Part shown: one piece after another, positions 38,127 through 47,843 of the stretch
Layout: each line of letters opens with the position of its first letter
Numbering within the stretch: position 1 is the first letter of the stretch
From: Candidatus Hydromicrobium sp.
GTDB lineage: Bacteria > Actinomycetota > Humimicrobiia > Humimicrobiales > Humimicrobiaceae
Reading direction: 5' to 3'
DNA length: 54,102 nt
Assembly: GCA_036514675.1 (NCBI GenBank)
Contig: DATBWS010000003.1
Span: forward strand, 1-54,102
Made by a program: the position numbers and the translations under genes
Notes under the pieces: generated by a model
Database searches by the model: none
What the model was told of the DNA's origin: nothing
What the model saw: the letters and a program-made list of their open reading frames with translations, nothing else

Positions 38127-40287
38127 TCAGGAAAGCAAAATCGAGGGAATTTTAGAAAAAATCGTTTTTAAAAATTCCGAGACCGGCTTTATGGTTGGAA
38201 AAGTAAGACTTAATGATAATAATCTGGTAACCATTGTAGGAAATGCCTTTGAACTTCAATGTGGTGAAAAACTGGAAATAACTGGAAGATGGGTCATAAA
38301 TAAAAATTATGGACAGCAGTTTGAAATTGGGAACATTAAGACAACTGAACCAGCTACTGTTACCGGTATCAAGAATTATTTAAGCTCAGGTTTTATAAAA
38401 GGCATAGGACCGGTAATGGCAAATAGAATAGTCTCTCATTTTAAGCTCGAAACCTTAAGGATACTGGATGAGGAGCCAAAAAGATTAAATGAGATAGAAG
38501 GCATCGGCAGAAAAAGAATAGATTTGATCTTAAAATACTGGAAAATGCATAAGAACATAAGAGAAGTCATGATTTTTCTGCAATCTCATGGAATAAGCAG
38601 CACTTATGCCATGAAAATTTATAATAATTACGGTGATAATTCCATAAGTGTTATAAAGACAAATCCTTACAGACTGTCTGAGGATATATTTGGAATAGGT
38701 TTTAAAACTGCCGATAAAATTGCACTGATGACAGGCATTGCAAAAGATTCACTTTTCAGGGTAAAAGCGGGAATAATTTATTTATTGAAAGGGGCAGAAG
38801 ATGAAGGACATTGCTACTACCCGTATGAAGAATTTTTGGAAATAGCAGAAAGTTTCCTGTGCGTAGAAATGGGAAAGATTAACGGTGCTTTAAGCGAACT
38901 GGAAAGAGAAAAAAAAATAAATATTGTCAGAGATGACATTAACAAAATATACCTTTCAAGTATCTATAATGCCGAAAAATATGTAAGTAAAAAAATCCTG
39001 GTTATTTTAGAAAGTGGTAAAGAAGACAGGTCAAAGGAGGACAAGAAGGATAACATAAACCACTTAATAAGCGACCTGGCTGCTGAAGAAAAAATAATAC
39101 TGGATCGTATTCAGATAAAAGCCATTGAAAAGGCGGTATCTGAGAAAGTACTGGTTATAACCGGAAGTCCTGGTACAGGAAAAAGTACCATACTGAATTT
39201 CATAATAAAGATTTTTAAAAAGGAGAATAAAACTGTTCTTTTAGGCGCTCCAACAGGAAGAGCCTCTAAAAGGCTGTGCGAGGCTACGGGCAGGGAAGCC
39301 AAGACCATACACAGGCTTTTGAATTATAATCCGAAATTGAATAAATTTTTAAAAAACGAGGCTAACCCTGTCGATGCAGACATGGTAATAATCGATGAAG
39401 CTTCAATGCTGGATATAATGTTGATGAAAAATTTACTTTCAGCTATAAAGCCCCGGACCGGCATTATTTTTGTAGGTGATATAGATCAATTACCTGCGGT
39501 AGGTCCGGGAAATGTTTTAAGTGACATAATCGGTTCAGGTGTGGTTCCTGTAATTGAGCTTAAAAAAATATACAGGCAGGAGAGTGAAAGTCTTATAATA
39601 TATAATGCCCATAAAGTTCGGGATGGCCAGTTTCCATATATTGGTAAACCAAAAAATAATGACTTCTTTTTTATTGAAAAAGACGGGCCTGAAGAAGTAG
39701 TGTGTCTTATATTGAACCTGCTTACCAAAAAAATTCCTGAAAGCTTCAATTATGATCCTCTCCGTGATATTCAGGTTCTGGTTCCTACCAATAAAGGAAT
39801 TGTGGGGGTAAATAATCTAAATTCCAGAATTCAGGGTATTGTAAATTTTAACAGTCAAAAAGTTATAAAAGGGTCTGCGCAATATGGATTAAATGATAAA
39901 GTAATACAGCTCAAGAATAATTATGAGAAAGATATTTATAATGGGGATATAGGATTTATAAACGGCATAGATATGGAAGCGGAGGAAATCAGGATAAATT
40001 TTGATGGCAGGACTGTTAGCTACGGTTTTTTTGAGCTGGATGAAATAAGCCTGTCTTATGCCATATCTATTCATAAATCTCAGGGGTCTGAATTCAAATG
40101 CGTTATAATACCCATTTTGACTTCTCATTATATGCTGCTGCAGAGAAATTTGCTTTATACGGCAATAACCAGAGCCAGAGAGCTTGCGGTAATAGTTGGA
40201 AGCAAAAAAGCAATAGGGATGGCAGTAAATAGAAATATTGTTGAAAAGCGATATACCAGTTTAAAGGAATTGCTTAGAAATTTTTAG
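38119..40287 (+). CDS. recD2: ATP-dependent RecD-like DNA helicase (RecD2 type)
   Basis: GSPGTGKST Walker A, IIDEASM, VGDIDQLP, AISIHKSQGSEF motifs. N-terminal OB/HhH-like region. Overlaps the proS end by 8 nt. Confidence 0.85.
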   Translation: MNNQESKIEGILEKIVFKNSETGFMVGKVRLNDNNLVTIVGNAFELQCGEKLEITGRWVINKNYGQQFEIGNIKTTEPATVTGIKNYLSSGFIKGIGPVMANRIVSHFKLETLRILDEEPKRLNEIEGIGRKRIDLILKYWKMHKNIREVMIFLQSHGISSTYAMKIYNNYGDNSISVIKTNPYRLSEDIFGIGFKTADKIALMTGIAKDSLFRVKAGIIYLLKGAEDEGHCYYPYEEFLEIAESFLCVEMGKINGALSELEREKKINIVRDDINKIYLSSIYNAEKYVSKKILVILESGKEDRSKEDKKDNINHLISDLAAEEKIILDRIQIKAIEKAVSEKVLVITGSPGTGKSTILNFIIKIFKKENKTVLLGAPTGRASKRLCEATGREAKTIHRLLNYNPKLNKFLKNEANPVDADMVIIDEASMLDIMLMKNLLSAIKPRTGIIFVGDIDQLPAVGPGNVLSDIIGSGVVPVIELKKIYRQESESLIIYNAHKVRDGQFPYIGKPKNNDFFFIEKDGPEEVVCLILNLLTKKIPESFNYDPLRDIQVLVPTNKGIVGVNNLNSRIQGIVNFNSQKVIKGSAQYGLNDKVIQLKNNYEKDIYNGDIGFINGIDMEAEEIRINFDGRTVSYGFFELDEISLSYAISIHKSQGSEFKCVIIPILTSHYMLLQRNLLYTAITRARELAVIVGSKKAIGMAVNRNIVEKRYTSLKELLRNF

Positions 40288-40389
40288 CAGGGTCTTACAC
40301 CGGGTAGATTACATTTTTGTCAGTTCCACTAAAGTTTCTTAGACATTCAGTACAGTTGTACAGTAATTTCTAATCTATATAAGCACCGA

Positions 40390-40417
40390 TTGAATTTATT
40401 TTATTTTATGATATACT
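40390..40417 (+). promoter_or_regulatory. Putative promoter of the nusA-infB operon
   Basis: TTGAAT (40390-40395), 16-nt spacer, TGaTATACT extended -10 (TATACT at 40412-40417). Confidence 0.5.
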
Positions 40418-40454
40418 TTTAAAGAAATTTTAATGTGAAGTTTTTATAAAAAAT

Positions 40455-40478
40455 AGTGGGCTAGACCCACTTTTTTTT
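40455..40478 (+). terminator. Intrinsic terminator-like hairpin in the nusA leader
   Basis: Perfect stem AGTGGG/CCCACT (40455-40460 and 40466-40471), 5-nt loop, then a T8 run (40471-40478). Preceded by an A-rich tract. Lies 24 nt upstream of the nusA start. Confidence 0.6.
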
Positions 40479-40501
40479 AGTTTAAATTTTATTATAGACA
40501 G

Positions 40502-41569
40502 GTGATGGAGTTGAACAGAAAATTAATAGAGGCATTAGTAGAATTAGAAAAGGAAAAGGGCATAAAAATAGATACATTGATAGAAGCCCTTAAGATTGCA
40601 TTTGTTTCAGCATATAAAAAAAATTATCAGGTGGAATACGACTGTCGTGTAGATATAAATGAAAAGACCGGAGAAATAAAAGTATTTAAAATTTTAGATG
40701 AAGGCGAAAGTGTAGATAAAGCAGCAGAAGATGGCAGCAAAAAAAATGAAGTAGAAGTCACACCGGATAATTTTGGAAGAATTGCGGCCCAGACTGCCAA
40801 ACAGGTAATAAGGCAGAGGATAAAGGAAGCAGAACGGGAGATAATGTATGAAGAATTTAAAGATAGAGCGGGAGATATGGTAACCGGCATTGTTCAACAG
40901 AGTGATGCGAGATTTACTTTAGTGGATCTGGGCAAAGTAGAGGCGTTACTTCCTCCATATGAACAGGTTCCAAGAGAGAGATATAAACACGGAGAAAGAA
41001 TAAAGGTCTATATTTCTGATGTCAGAAAAACAACAAAAGGGCCTCAGGTAATAGTATCCAGGACACATACTGGTTTAATCAGAAAATTATTTGAATTAGA
41101 GGTACCCGAAATTTACGAAGGAATTGTAGAGATTAAAAGTGTGGCCAGGGAAGCAGGCTATAGAACCAAAATTGCTGTTAGTTCAAATGAGAGAAATGTA
41201 GATCCGGTGGGAGCATGTGTAGGCCCCAAAGGTTCGCGGGTTAAGATGGTTGTTGATGAACTGGGAGGGGAAAAAATAGATATAGTGGAATATAGTGATG
41301 ATATTGTAACCTTTATTAAAAATTCTCTCAGCCCGGCAAAAGTTTTAAAAGTGCTGCTTAATGAAGATAGGAAGTTTGCATTAGTTGTGGTATCAAACGA
41401 TCAGCTTTCTTTGGCAATAGGCAGAGAAGGTCAGAATGCGAGACTGGCGGCTAAATTAACTGGCTGGAAAATTGATATAAAGAGCGAAAAGCAATTTGAA
41501 GAAGAATTGGATGAAGCAAGAAAAGAAAGACTGAAAAGCAAGGAAGAAGATACGGAAATTAGCAAGTAA
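40502..41569 (+). CDS. nusA: Transcription termination/antitermination factor NusA
   Basis: N-terminal LIEALVELEKEKGI. S1 and two KH domains (VGACVGPKGSRV, LAIGREGQNARLA). Start is GTG 40502, ATG 40505 or TTG 40511. Confidence 0.95.
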   Translation: MMELNRKLIEALVELEKEKGIKIDTLIEALKIAFVSAYKKNYQVEYDCRVDINEKTGEIKVFKILDEGESVDKAAEDGSKKNEVEVTPDNFGRIAAQTAKQVIRQRIKEAEREIMYEEFKDRAGDMVTGIVQQSDARFTLVDLGKVEALLPPYEQVPRERYKHGERIKVYISDVRKTTKGPQVIVSRTHTGLIRKLFELEVPEIYEGIVEIKSVAREAGYRTKIAVSSNERNVDPVGACVGPKGSRVKMVVDELGGEKIDIVEYSDDIVTFIKNSLSPAKVLKVLLNEDRKFALVVVSNDQLSLAIGREGQNARLAAKLTGWKIDIKSEKQFEEELDEARKERLKSKEEDTEISK

Positions 41570-41654
41570 TTATAGATAGAAAATAATAAGAAATTGAAGA
41601 GTTTTTAAATTATTATAAGTATTAATAACAAATAATGGGTAGTTTGAAGGATTT

Positions 41655-44003
41655 ATGAACACAAAAAAAGAGGAAAGTAAAAATAAAATTAAAAAGAAAG
41701 ATAAGGCTGAATCAAAAGACTTACAGCAGGGTCATTTAGAGGAGAAGAAAGAAACCAGGCCTGTAGCCAGGCCGCGGCTTAAAGACACAGGTTTGTCTGT
41801 GGAGAAAAAGAAGCTGGAAGTCAAAGATGGAAGTAAGAAAAAAGCAGAGCCAAAAACAAAGAAGAAAACTGAAGTTAAAGTAAAAGAAGAGATTAAAGGA
41901 AGAAATAAAACAGAGCTAAAAGGTAAAACTCCGGCCGGTATCAAAAGTGAAGTTAAAGCTAAAGCTGTCCATAAGAGTACTGTCAAAAAAGCGGCGAAGA
42001 AAAAAAATGAGGTTAAAACAAAGGAAGAGTCCAGAACTGACAGTGAAATAAAAACTGCAGAGAAACCGAAGATAAACTGGGAAGAAGAAAAAAAATCAAG
42101 CATCCGCAGCGTGATTGACAGGGAGCTGGATAAAGAGGAGAAGGAAGGAAGATTCAGGGTAAAGCTAATCCAGAAGAAAAAAATTACTCCTGGAAAGAAG
42201 GTAGAGGGCGAAGAGGCCTTAAAAGAAAAACAAAAAGAACTGGAAAAGAAATTAAAGAAAAAACCGGAAATAAAAAAAGTAATTGAAATTTCTGAAGGTA
42301 TAACCATAAAAAAATTATCGGAAAAGATAAATGTTCCCTCGAACGAAATAATAAAACTGTTGTTTGATATGGGTGAAGCTATTAATATAAACCAGTCCTT
42401 AAACAAGGATTTAATAGAGTATCTGTCCCAGGAATATAATTTTAAATATCATATTGTAGGTTTTGAAGAGAAATTGGACGAGGTTTATAAGGATTCCGAA
42501 AAGGATCTTGTGCCCAGACCTCCAATTGTGACTGTAATGGGGCATGTGGATCACGGAAAGACAACATTACTCGATGTGATCAGAGAAACCAGTGTTGCAA
42601 TTAATGAAGAAGGCGGGATAACCCAGCGTATAGGTGCTTATCAGGTTGTATACAAGAGTAAGAAAATTACTTTCATAGATACACCCGGACATGAAGCGTT
42701 TACCTCTATAAGGGCCAGAGGGGCAAAGGTTACCGATATTGCCGTAATCGTTATTGCCGCTGACGACGGTATTATGCCCCAGACGGTGGAGGCAATAAAT
42801 CATGCAAAGGACGCCGGTGTTACTATAATTATCGCCATTAATAAGGTTGACCTGCCAAATGCAAATCCTGATAAGATAAAAAAAGGCCTCACCGAATATA
42901 ATCTGGTTCCGGAAGAGTGGGGAGGAGATACTGTTTGCATAGAAATTTCTGCCAAAAAAAAGATTAATCTGGATGAATTTCTGGAAATGATTCTACTGGT
43001 CGCTGATTTGAATGAAATAAGAGGTAACCCGAGTTCCGAAGGTACCGGAATTATAATTGAATCAAGGTTGGACAGGGGTTTAGGCCCCGTGGGCACGGTT
43101 ATAGTAAAGAGAGGAAAATTAGAAGTAGGGGATTCTTTTATTACCGGCGATTCGTTTGGAAAAGTAAGGTTGATAAGAGATGAAAATGGCAAAAGCCTGA
43201 AGGAAGCAGTTTTATCACAACCGGTTGAGATCACCGGTTTTTCTCTGGTGCCAAAAGCCGGGGATAAATTATTTGTGGTTAAAAATGAAAAAGTAGCCAA
43301 AGAACTTTTAAATAGGAAAGATTATGAGAAAAAGATAATGAAAATTGAGGATTCCAGAAAAATCCTGACTTTAGAAAGATTATCCGAATTATCAAAAGAA
43401 AGTCAGATAAAAAAATTAAAAATAATTCTTAAGGCAGATTCAGAAGGATCGCTTGATGCAGTAGAAAAATCACTTACGAATATAAAAGAAGAAAAAATAA
43501 AGATTGATATAATACACAAAGCCATTGGAGCTATAACCGATAGTGACATCCTGTTAGCTGCAGCTTCGAATGCAATTGTAGTCGGGTTTGGCGTAGTTCC
43601 TACTCAAAAAGCGGAAGCATTACAAAAAAAAGAAAATGTGGAAGTCAGAACTTATGATATTATCTATAAACTGATTGATGATATCACCCTTGCCTTTAGA
43701 GGTTTACTGGAACCTGAAGTAAAAAGAATAAATAAGGGTAAAGCTGAAGTCAGAGAAATATTCAAGCTCCCCAGGATTGGGATAATTGCCGGTTCTTATA
43801 TTCTCGAGGGTGAAGTTGAGAGAGGTAATCTGGTGGATGTAATAAGAGAGGGGAAATTAATCCATAACGGGAAAGTTACAACTCTCCACCGGTTCAAGGA
43901 AGATGTTAAAAAAGTTTCAACAGGATATGAATGCGGTATAAAGCTGGAAGATTTTCAGGATCTCAGTAAAGGTGACATACTGGAGTTTTACGAAGAGAAA
44001 TAA
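41655..44003 (+). CDS. infB: Translation initiation factor IF-2
   Basis: Lys/Glu-rich N-terminal region. G domain [24 protein letters not shown]. Confidence 0.95.
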   Translation: MNTKKEESKNKIKKKDKAESKDLQQGHLEEKKETRPVARPRLKDTGLSVEKKKLEVKDGSKKKAEPKTKKKTEVKVKEEIKGRNKTELKGKTPAGIKSEVKAKAVHKSTVKKAAKKKNEVKTKEESRTDSEIKTAEKPKINWEEEKKSSIRSVIDRELDKEEKEGRFRVKLIQKKKITPGKKVEGEEALKEKQKELEKKLKKKPEIKKVIEISEGITIKKLSEKINVPSNEIIKLLFDMGEAININQSLNKDLIEYLSQEYNFKYHIVGFEEKLDEVYKDSEKDLVPRPPIVTVMGHVDHGKTTLLDVIRETSVAINEEGGITQRIGAYQVVYKSKKITFIDTPGHEAFTSIRARGAKVTDIAVIVIAADDGIMPQTVEAINHAKDAGVTIIIAINKVDLPNANPDKIKKGLTEYNLVPEEWGGDTVCIEISAKKKINLDEFLEMILLVADLNEIRGNPSSEGTGIIIESRLDRGLGPVGTVIVKRGKLEVGDSFITGDSFGKVRLIRDENGKSLKEAVLSQPVEITGFSLVPKAGDKLFVVKNEKVAKELLNRKDYEKKIMKIEDSRKILTLERLSELSKESQIKKLKIILKADSEGSLDAVEKSLTNIKEEKIKIDIIHKAIGAITDSDILLAAASNAIVVGFGVVPTQKAEALQKKENVEVRTYDIIYKLIDDITLAFRGLLEPEVKRINKGKAEVREIFKLPRIGIIAGSYILEGEVERGNLVDVIREGKLIHNGKVTTLHRFKEDVKKVSTGYECGIKLEDFQDLSKGDILEFYEEK

Positions 44004-44027
44004 TTTTCTAAGTGGTGGTGACTTAAG

Positions 44028-44369
44028 GTGGATAGGATAAGAAAAGCTGAGATAGATCTGAAAAGAGAAATAAGTTTTCTTATCGGTACCAAAGTAAAAG
44101 ATCCCAGAATAGGATTTGTAACCGTGACTGACTCAAAATTATCTGTTGATTTTAAATGGCTGGATGTTTTTGTCAGTATTATGGGCGAAAAGAATGAAAT
44201 AAATAGAAGTTTAGAGGGTTTAAAAAATTGCAGCGGTTTTATAAAGAAAAATTTACAGCAAAGATTAAAGTTAAGAAATGTACCCAACATAAGATTTTTA
44301 TACGATAAATCCATTGATAACGGCATGAGAATATCGGAAATACTGGAAACTCTGGGTAAAGATAAATGA
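44028..44369 (+). CDS. rbfA: Ribosome-binding factor A
   Basis: 113 aa, KDPRIGFVTVTD motif. Follows infB. GTG start. Confidence 0.9.
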   Translation: MDRIRKAEIDLKREISFLIGTKVKDPRIGFVTVTDSKLSVDFKWLDVFVSIMGEKNEINRSLEGLKNCSGFIKKNLQQRLKLRNVPNIRFLYDKSIDNGMRISEILETLGKDK

Positions 44370-44388
44370 TATTAAGAAGGTAACCTGA

Positions 44389-45384
44389 TTGGATATAAAC
44401 AAGTTATATAACCGGACATCGGAAATCATTAACAGCAATGATAATTTTTTAATCATCACTCATGTCTATCCGGACGGAGATTCATTGGGTTCGCAGATAG
44501 CCTTATATCAATTAATATCCCTGTTAAAAAAGAATGCAGTAGCGATCTGCAACAGTGAATTGCCTTATCAATATAAGTTCCTCCCTTATCTAAATGAAAT
44601 TAGAAGAGATTTAGAGGAAATAGAAAACTGCGGTAAAGGATATATCTGCTTTTGTCTGGATTGTGCGGATGAATATAGAATGAATCTGGATTTTAAAGTG
44701 CTTAAAGACAATGCAAAATATATAATAAATATAGATCATCATAAAAATAATACTAATTTTGGTAATTTGAATATTGTAGATACAGGGAAATCTGCAACTG
44801 CCGAGATTTTATATGAGCTGATACATAAACATTACCGGGAACTTTTAAATCATGGAATAGCCCTGGGCATTTATGTAGGAATACTTACCGATACCGGTAA
44901 ATTTCAATACAGCAATACCAATTATGCTGTCCATAAAGTGATAAGTGATCTGTTGAAGTTTAATCTGTATCCTTCCCAAATTCATAAGTATATATATGAA
45001 AATGAACCTCTGGCAAGATTTAAATTAATTCAGCTGATTCTTCAGAGAATTAAATATGTGGATTCCTATAGGTTGATATATTCATATGTTCTGGAAAAAG
45101 ATTTTAAAAAGCTGGATCTGCCATTCTCTGCTCAAGATGGTGCAATCAATCTCCTTCGGAGTGCGGAGAAAGTAAGGGTTGCTGCTCTGATAAAGCAGAC
45201 TGCCAGAAAAAGTTTTAAAATCAGCCTTCGTACCTCAGATAAAAAAATTGATTTATTTAAAGTTGCCAGCAGTTTTAATGGCGGCGGTCACCGGATGGCA
45301 TCTGCTTATTCTGATAATGGAAGTCTGAGAACCGTTATCAGCAATTTAAGGAAGGTGGTAAAAGATAATATAAATTATGGATAG
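44389..45384 (+). CDS. nrnA: DHH/DHHA1 phosphoesterase (NrnA-like oligoribonuclease/pAp phosphatase)
   Basis: THVYPDGDSLGS, NIDHH and GGGHRMAS motifs. TTG start. Confidence 0.85.
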   Translation: MDINKLYNRTSEIINSNDNFLIITHVYPDGDSLGSQIALYQLISLLKKNAVAICNSELPYQYKFLPYLNEIRRDLEEIENCGKGYICFCLDCADEYRMNLDFKVLKDNAKYIINIDHHKNNTNFGNLNIVDTGKSATAEILYELIHKHYRELLNHGIALGIYVGILTDTGKFQYSNTNYAVHKVISDLLKFNLYPSQIHKYIYENEPLARFKLIQLILQRIKYVDSYRLIYSYVLEKDFKKLDLPFSAQDGAINLLRSAEKVRVAALIKQTARKSFKISLRTSDKKIDLFKVASSFNGGGHRMASAYSDNGSLRTVISNLRKVVKDNINYG

Positions 45385-46365
45385 TATCAATTGTAAATCT
45401 GATTTACTGGAAGATTTTAACGGTATAATATTAATAAATAAGTTACCGGATTCAACCTCTTATGATGTTATAAGGCGGATAAAGAGAGTTTTTTTTTAAA
45501 AAAAATTGGCCATGCCGGTACGCTGGATCCTATTGCAGAGGGCCTGCTTATTATTTTAATAAATAAAGCTACCAAGCTATTCAATTATTTTTTATCTTTA
45601 AACAAAGAATATATTGCAGATATAAAACTTGGTGTGGTTACTGATACATGGGACCTTGATGGAAAAGTCCTGGCCGCAAGAAAGGTTAAGGATGTTAGTA
45701 TCACAGAAATATCCGGGATCTTAAATAAATTAAAAGGGAAAATTGAACAGAAACCACCGGTATATTCCTCGGTAAAATATAAAGGAAAACCATCATATAA
45801 ATTTGCCAGGAAAGGATTGAATATAGATTTAAAACCGAGAATTGTAAATATTCATGATCTGGAACTGATCTCTCTGGATAAAGATTTACTTAAAATAAAA
45901 GTAAATTGCAGTTCTGGTACGTATATCAGATCTCTGGCTCATGAAATTGGAGACTTATTGGGCTGCGGAGCTTCAGTAAAAGGACTAAAAAGAGTGAAAA
46001 TTAATGATATCAAACTGGAGGACAGCATTGACATCGAACAGTTTTTAAAAGGTAATCTGGAAAAAAGCGATTTAGAATCCAGTTCGTATATAATATCTAT
46101 TGAAAGATTACTGGCCAAAAATCCGAGCCTTTATATAAAAGACAGATGTAAACGCAATATAATTAACGGTCATCCGATTAGTGGTGAAATGATAGAGTTC
46201 AATAGAACCGGAGAGAGCAATCTTCCAAAAAAGGGAATTTTAGTAAAAGTAAAAGATAGTAATGAAAATACAATAGCTCTACACGAGATTTTAAGCGAAA
46301 GAATAGTTTCCGGTATTAAAAATAAGAAATTGAATTTAACTAAAAGTATTGTAATTTTTGGGTAG
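45377..46365 (+). CDS. truB: tRNA pseudouridine55 synthase TruB, interrupted by a frameshift in a T9A8 tract
   Basis: ATG 45377 overlaps the nrnA stop and encodes MDSIN..GIILINKLPDSTSYDVIRRIKRVFF, then TAA (45497-45499). The catalytic motif KKIGHAGTLDP continues in the -1 frame from 45499 through to 46365. One extra T would restore a single ORF. Confidence 0.85.
45489..45505 (+). other. Homopolymer tract T9A8 at the truB frameshift site
   Basis: Read directly: nine T (45489-45497) followed by eight A (45498-45505). T_TTT_TTT is a formal -1 slippery heptamer in the upstream frame, followed by TAA. Confidence 0.9.
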
Positions 46366-46418
46366 TTTAATAAAATCTAAAAAAATTTGAGATTTTTCAG
46401 GGCAACAAGTACATTAGA

Positions 46419-47369
46419 ATGTCAGAATTACTGGAATTAGAAAAATTAGATAAAAATTATTTCAAGGATAGAAATTCGGTTGTAGTAATCGGTTTTTTTG
46501 ATGGAGTGCACCTGGGGCATAGGAAAATAATCGAAGCCTGTATCAAAAAAGCAAAAAAAATTAACGGTGTCAGCATAGCTTTGACCTTTAATAAGCCTCC
46601 TCTTAATGTGATAAAAAGCGAGATGTACAAAAAGCTTATAATTTCTTATGAAGAAAAAATAAAAATCATTGATAGTCTGGGAGTTGACTTTATTGTAACC
46701 GCCAATTTCGATTCTGATTTTTTAATGCTGGAACCAGGGCAGTTTTGCAGGAATATACTTATAGAAAAGTTTTATATCAGGGAGATTTTTGTAGGAAGTG
46801 AATTTCATTTTGGTTTTAAAGCAAAGGGAGATGTACTTTTCTTAAAAAGATTTTTAAAGCCTTACAATGTAAAAGTAAATGTAGTCCCTCTTCTAAAAAT
46901 AAAGGGCGAGGTAGTTTCAAGTACCAATATAAGAAAGTATTATTCTGAAGGCAAGATAAAGGAAATAAGAAATTTATTGGGAAAGAATCCGCAAGTTGAA
47001 GGAATTGTTGTCAGAGGAGCCGGCAGGGGGAAACAGCTGGGGTTTCCTACTGCCAATATAGATGTTTGCGAGGTTTTTGTAACTCCAAAAGACGGAGTTT
47101 ATCTAGGTACCGTCGAAATTAATGCGGGTAAGAATAAACTGCTTCCGGCTATTATAAATATAGGAGACAATCCTACTTTTAAAGAATCGAAAAAATGGAT
47201 TGAAGCTTTTATAATAAATTTTAAAGACGACATATATAAGAGAAAAATAAGGATTAATTTTTTAGAAAGATTGAGGGATGAAATTATTTTTGAGAGTAAA
47301 GATAAACTAATAAACCAGATGAAGCTGGATTTAGGGTATGCCAATAAATACTTTAAAACTGAAAACTAA
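46419..47369 (+). CDS. ribF: Bifunctional riboflavin kinase/FAD synthetase
   Basis: GFFDGVHLGH (FAD synthetase) and GFPTANI (riboflavin kinase) motifs. Confidence 0.95.
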   Translation: MSELLELEKLDKNYFKDRNSVVVIGFFDGVHLGHRKIIEACIKKAKKINGVSIALTFNKPPLNVIKSEMYKKLIISYEEKIKIIDSLGVDFIVTANFDSDFLMLEPGQFCRNILIEKFYIREIFVGSEFHFGFKAKGDVLFLKRFLKPYNVKVNVVPLLKIKGEVVSSTNIRKYYSEGKIKEIRNLLGKNPQVEGIVVRGAGRGKQLGFPTANIDVCEVFVTPKDGVYLGTVEINAGKNKLLPAIINIGDNPTFKESKKWIEAFIINFKDDIYKRKIRINFLERLRDEIIFESKDKLINQMKLDLGYANKYFKTEN

Positions 47370-47458
47370 AGAACTTAAGGCTGATTTTAAAGAATTTTAA
47401 AGAAGTTTTAAGAGTAATTTACTATTGCAGAAGGGATAAATAGCGGAATGTGATTAAA

Positions 47459-47487
47459 TTGTAATTAATATACAGTTATGATAAATT
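47459..47487 (+). promoter_or_regulatory. Putative promoter of rpsO
   Basis: TTGTAA (47459-47464), 17-nt spacer, TGaTAAATT extended -10 (47482-47487). Confidence 0.4.
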
Positions 47488-47518
47488 ATAGTTCGGACAT
47501 TTTTGAGGAGGTGAAAAG

Positions 47519-47788
47519 TTGACTTTAGTAAAAGAGGATAAAAAAAAGGTTATAGAGAAATTCAAAACTCATGAGAATGATACCGGTTCCTCTGAAGTTC
47601 AGATAGCTATTCTTACTAAGAAGATTAACAGGCTGAATGAACATTTGAAGGCGAATAAAAAGGATCATCATTCCAGAAGGGGTCTCGTTATTATGGTCGG
47701 TAAAAGAAAAAGACTCTTGGGATATTTAAAAAATAATGATATAGCGAGGTATAAAAAAATAATTGAAGAATTAGGTTTAAGAAAATAG
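47519..47788 (+). CDS. rpsO: 30S ribosomal protein S15
   Basis: [25 protein letters not shown] signature. TTG start after GAGGAGGTGA. Confidence 0.95.
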   Translation: MTLVKEDKKKVIEKFKTHENDTGSSEVQIAILTKKINRLNEHLKANKKDHHSRRGLVIMVGKRKRLLGYLKNNDIARYKKIIEELGLRK

Positions 47789-47843
47789 TTCTATATAAAA
47801 TATTTTTTTATCCATGTAATTTAAAGGAGAATATAGGATATAA

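Noticed and set aside
41655-42300. Repetitive-looking AAG/AAA/GAA-rich DNA that might be taken for a tandem repeat array.
   Set aside because: It is in-frame coding sequence for the charged N-terminal region of IF-2. There is no fixed repeat unit and no spacer structure.
41732-42406. A 224-aa minus-strand ORF antisense to the infB 5' region.
   Set aside because: It is the mirror image of the Lys/Glu-rich IF-2 N-terminus (AAA/AAG/GAA read backwards gives Phe/Leu/Ser runs). The sequence is low complexity with no motifs, and it is fully nested in a confident gene.
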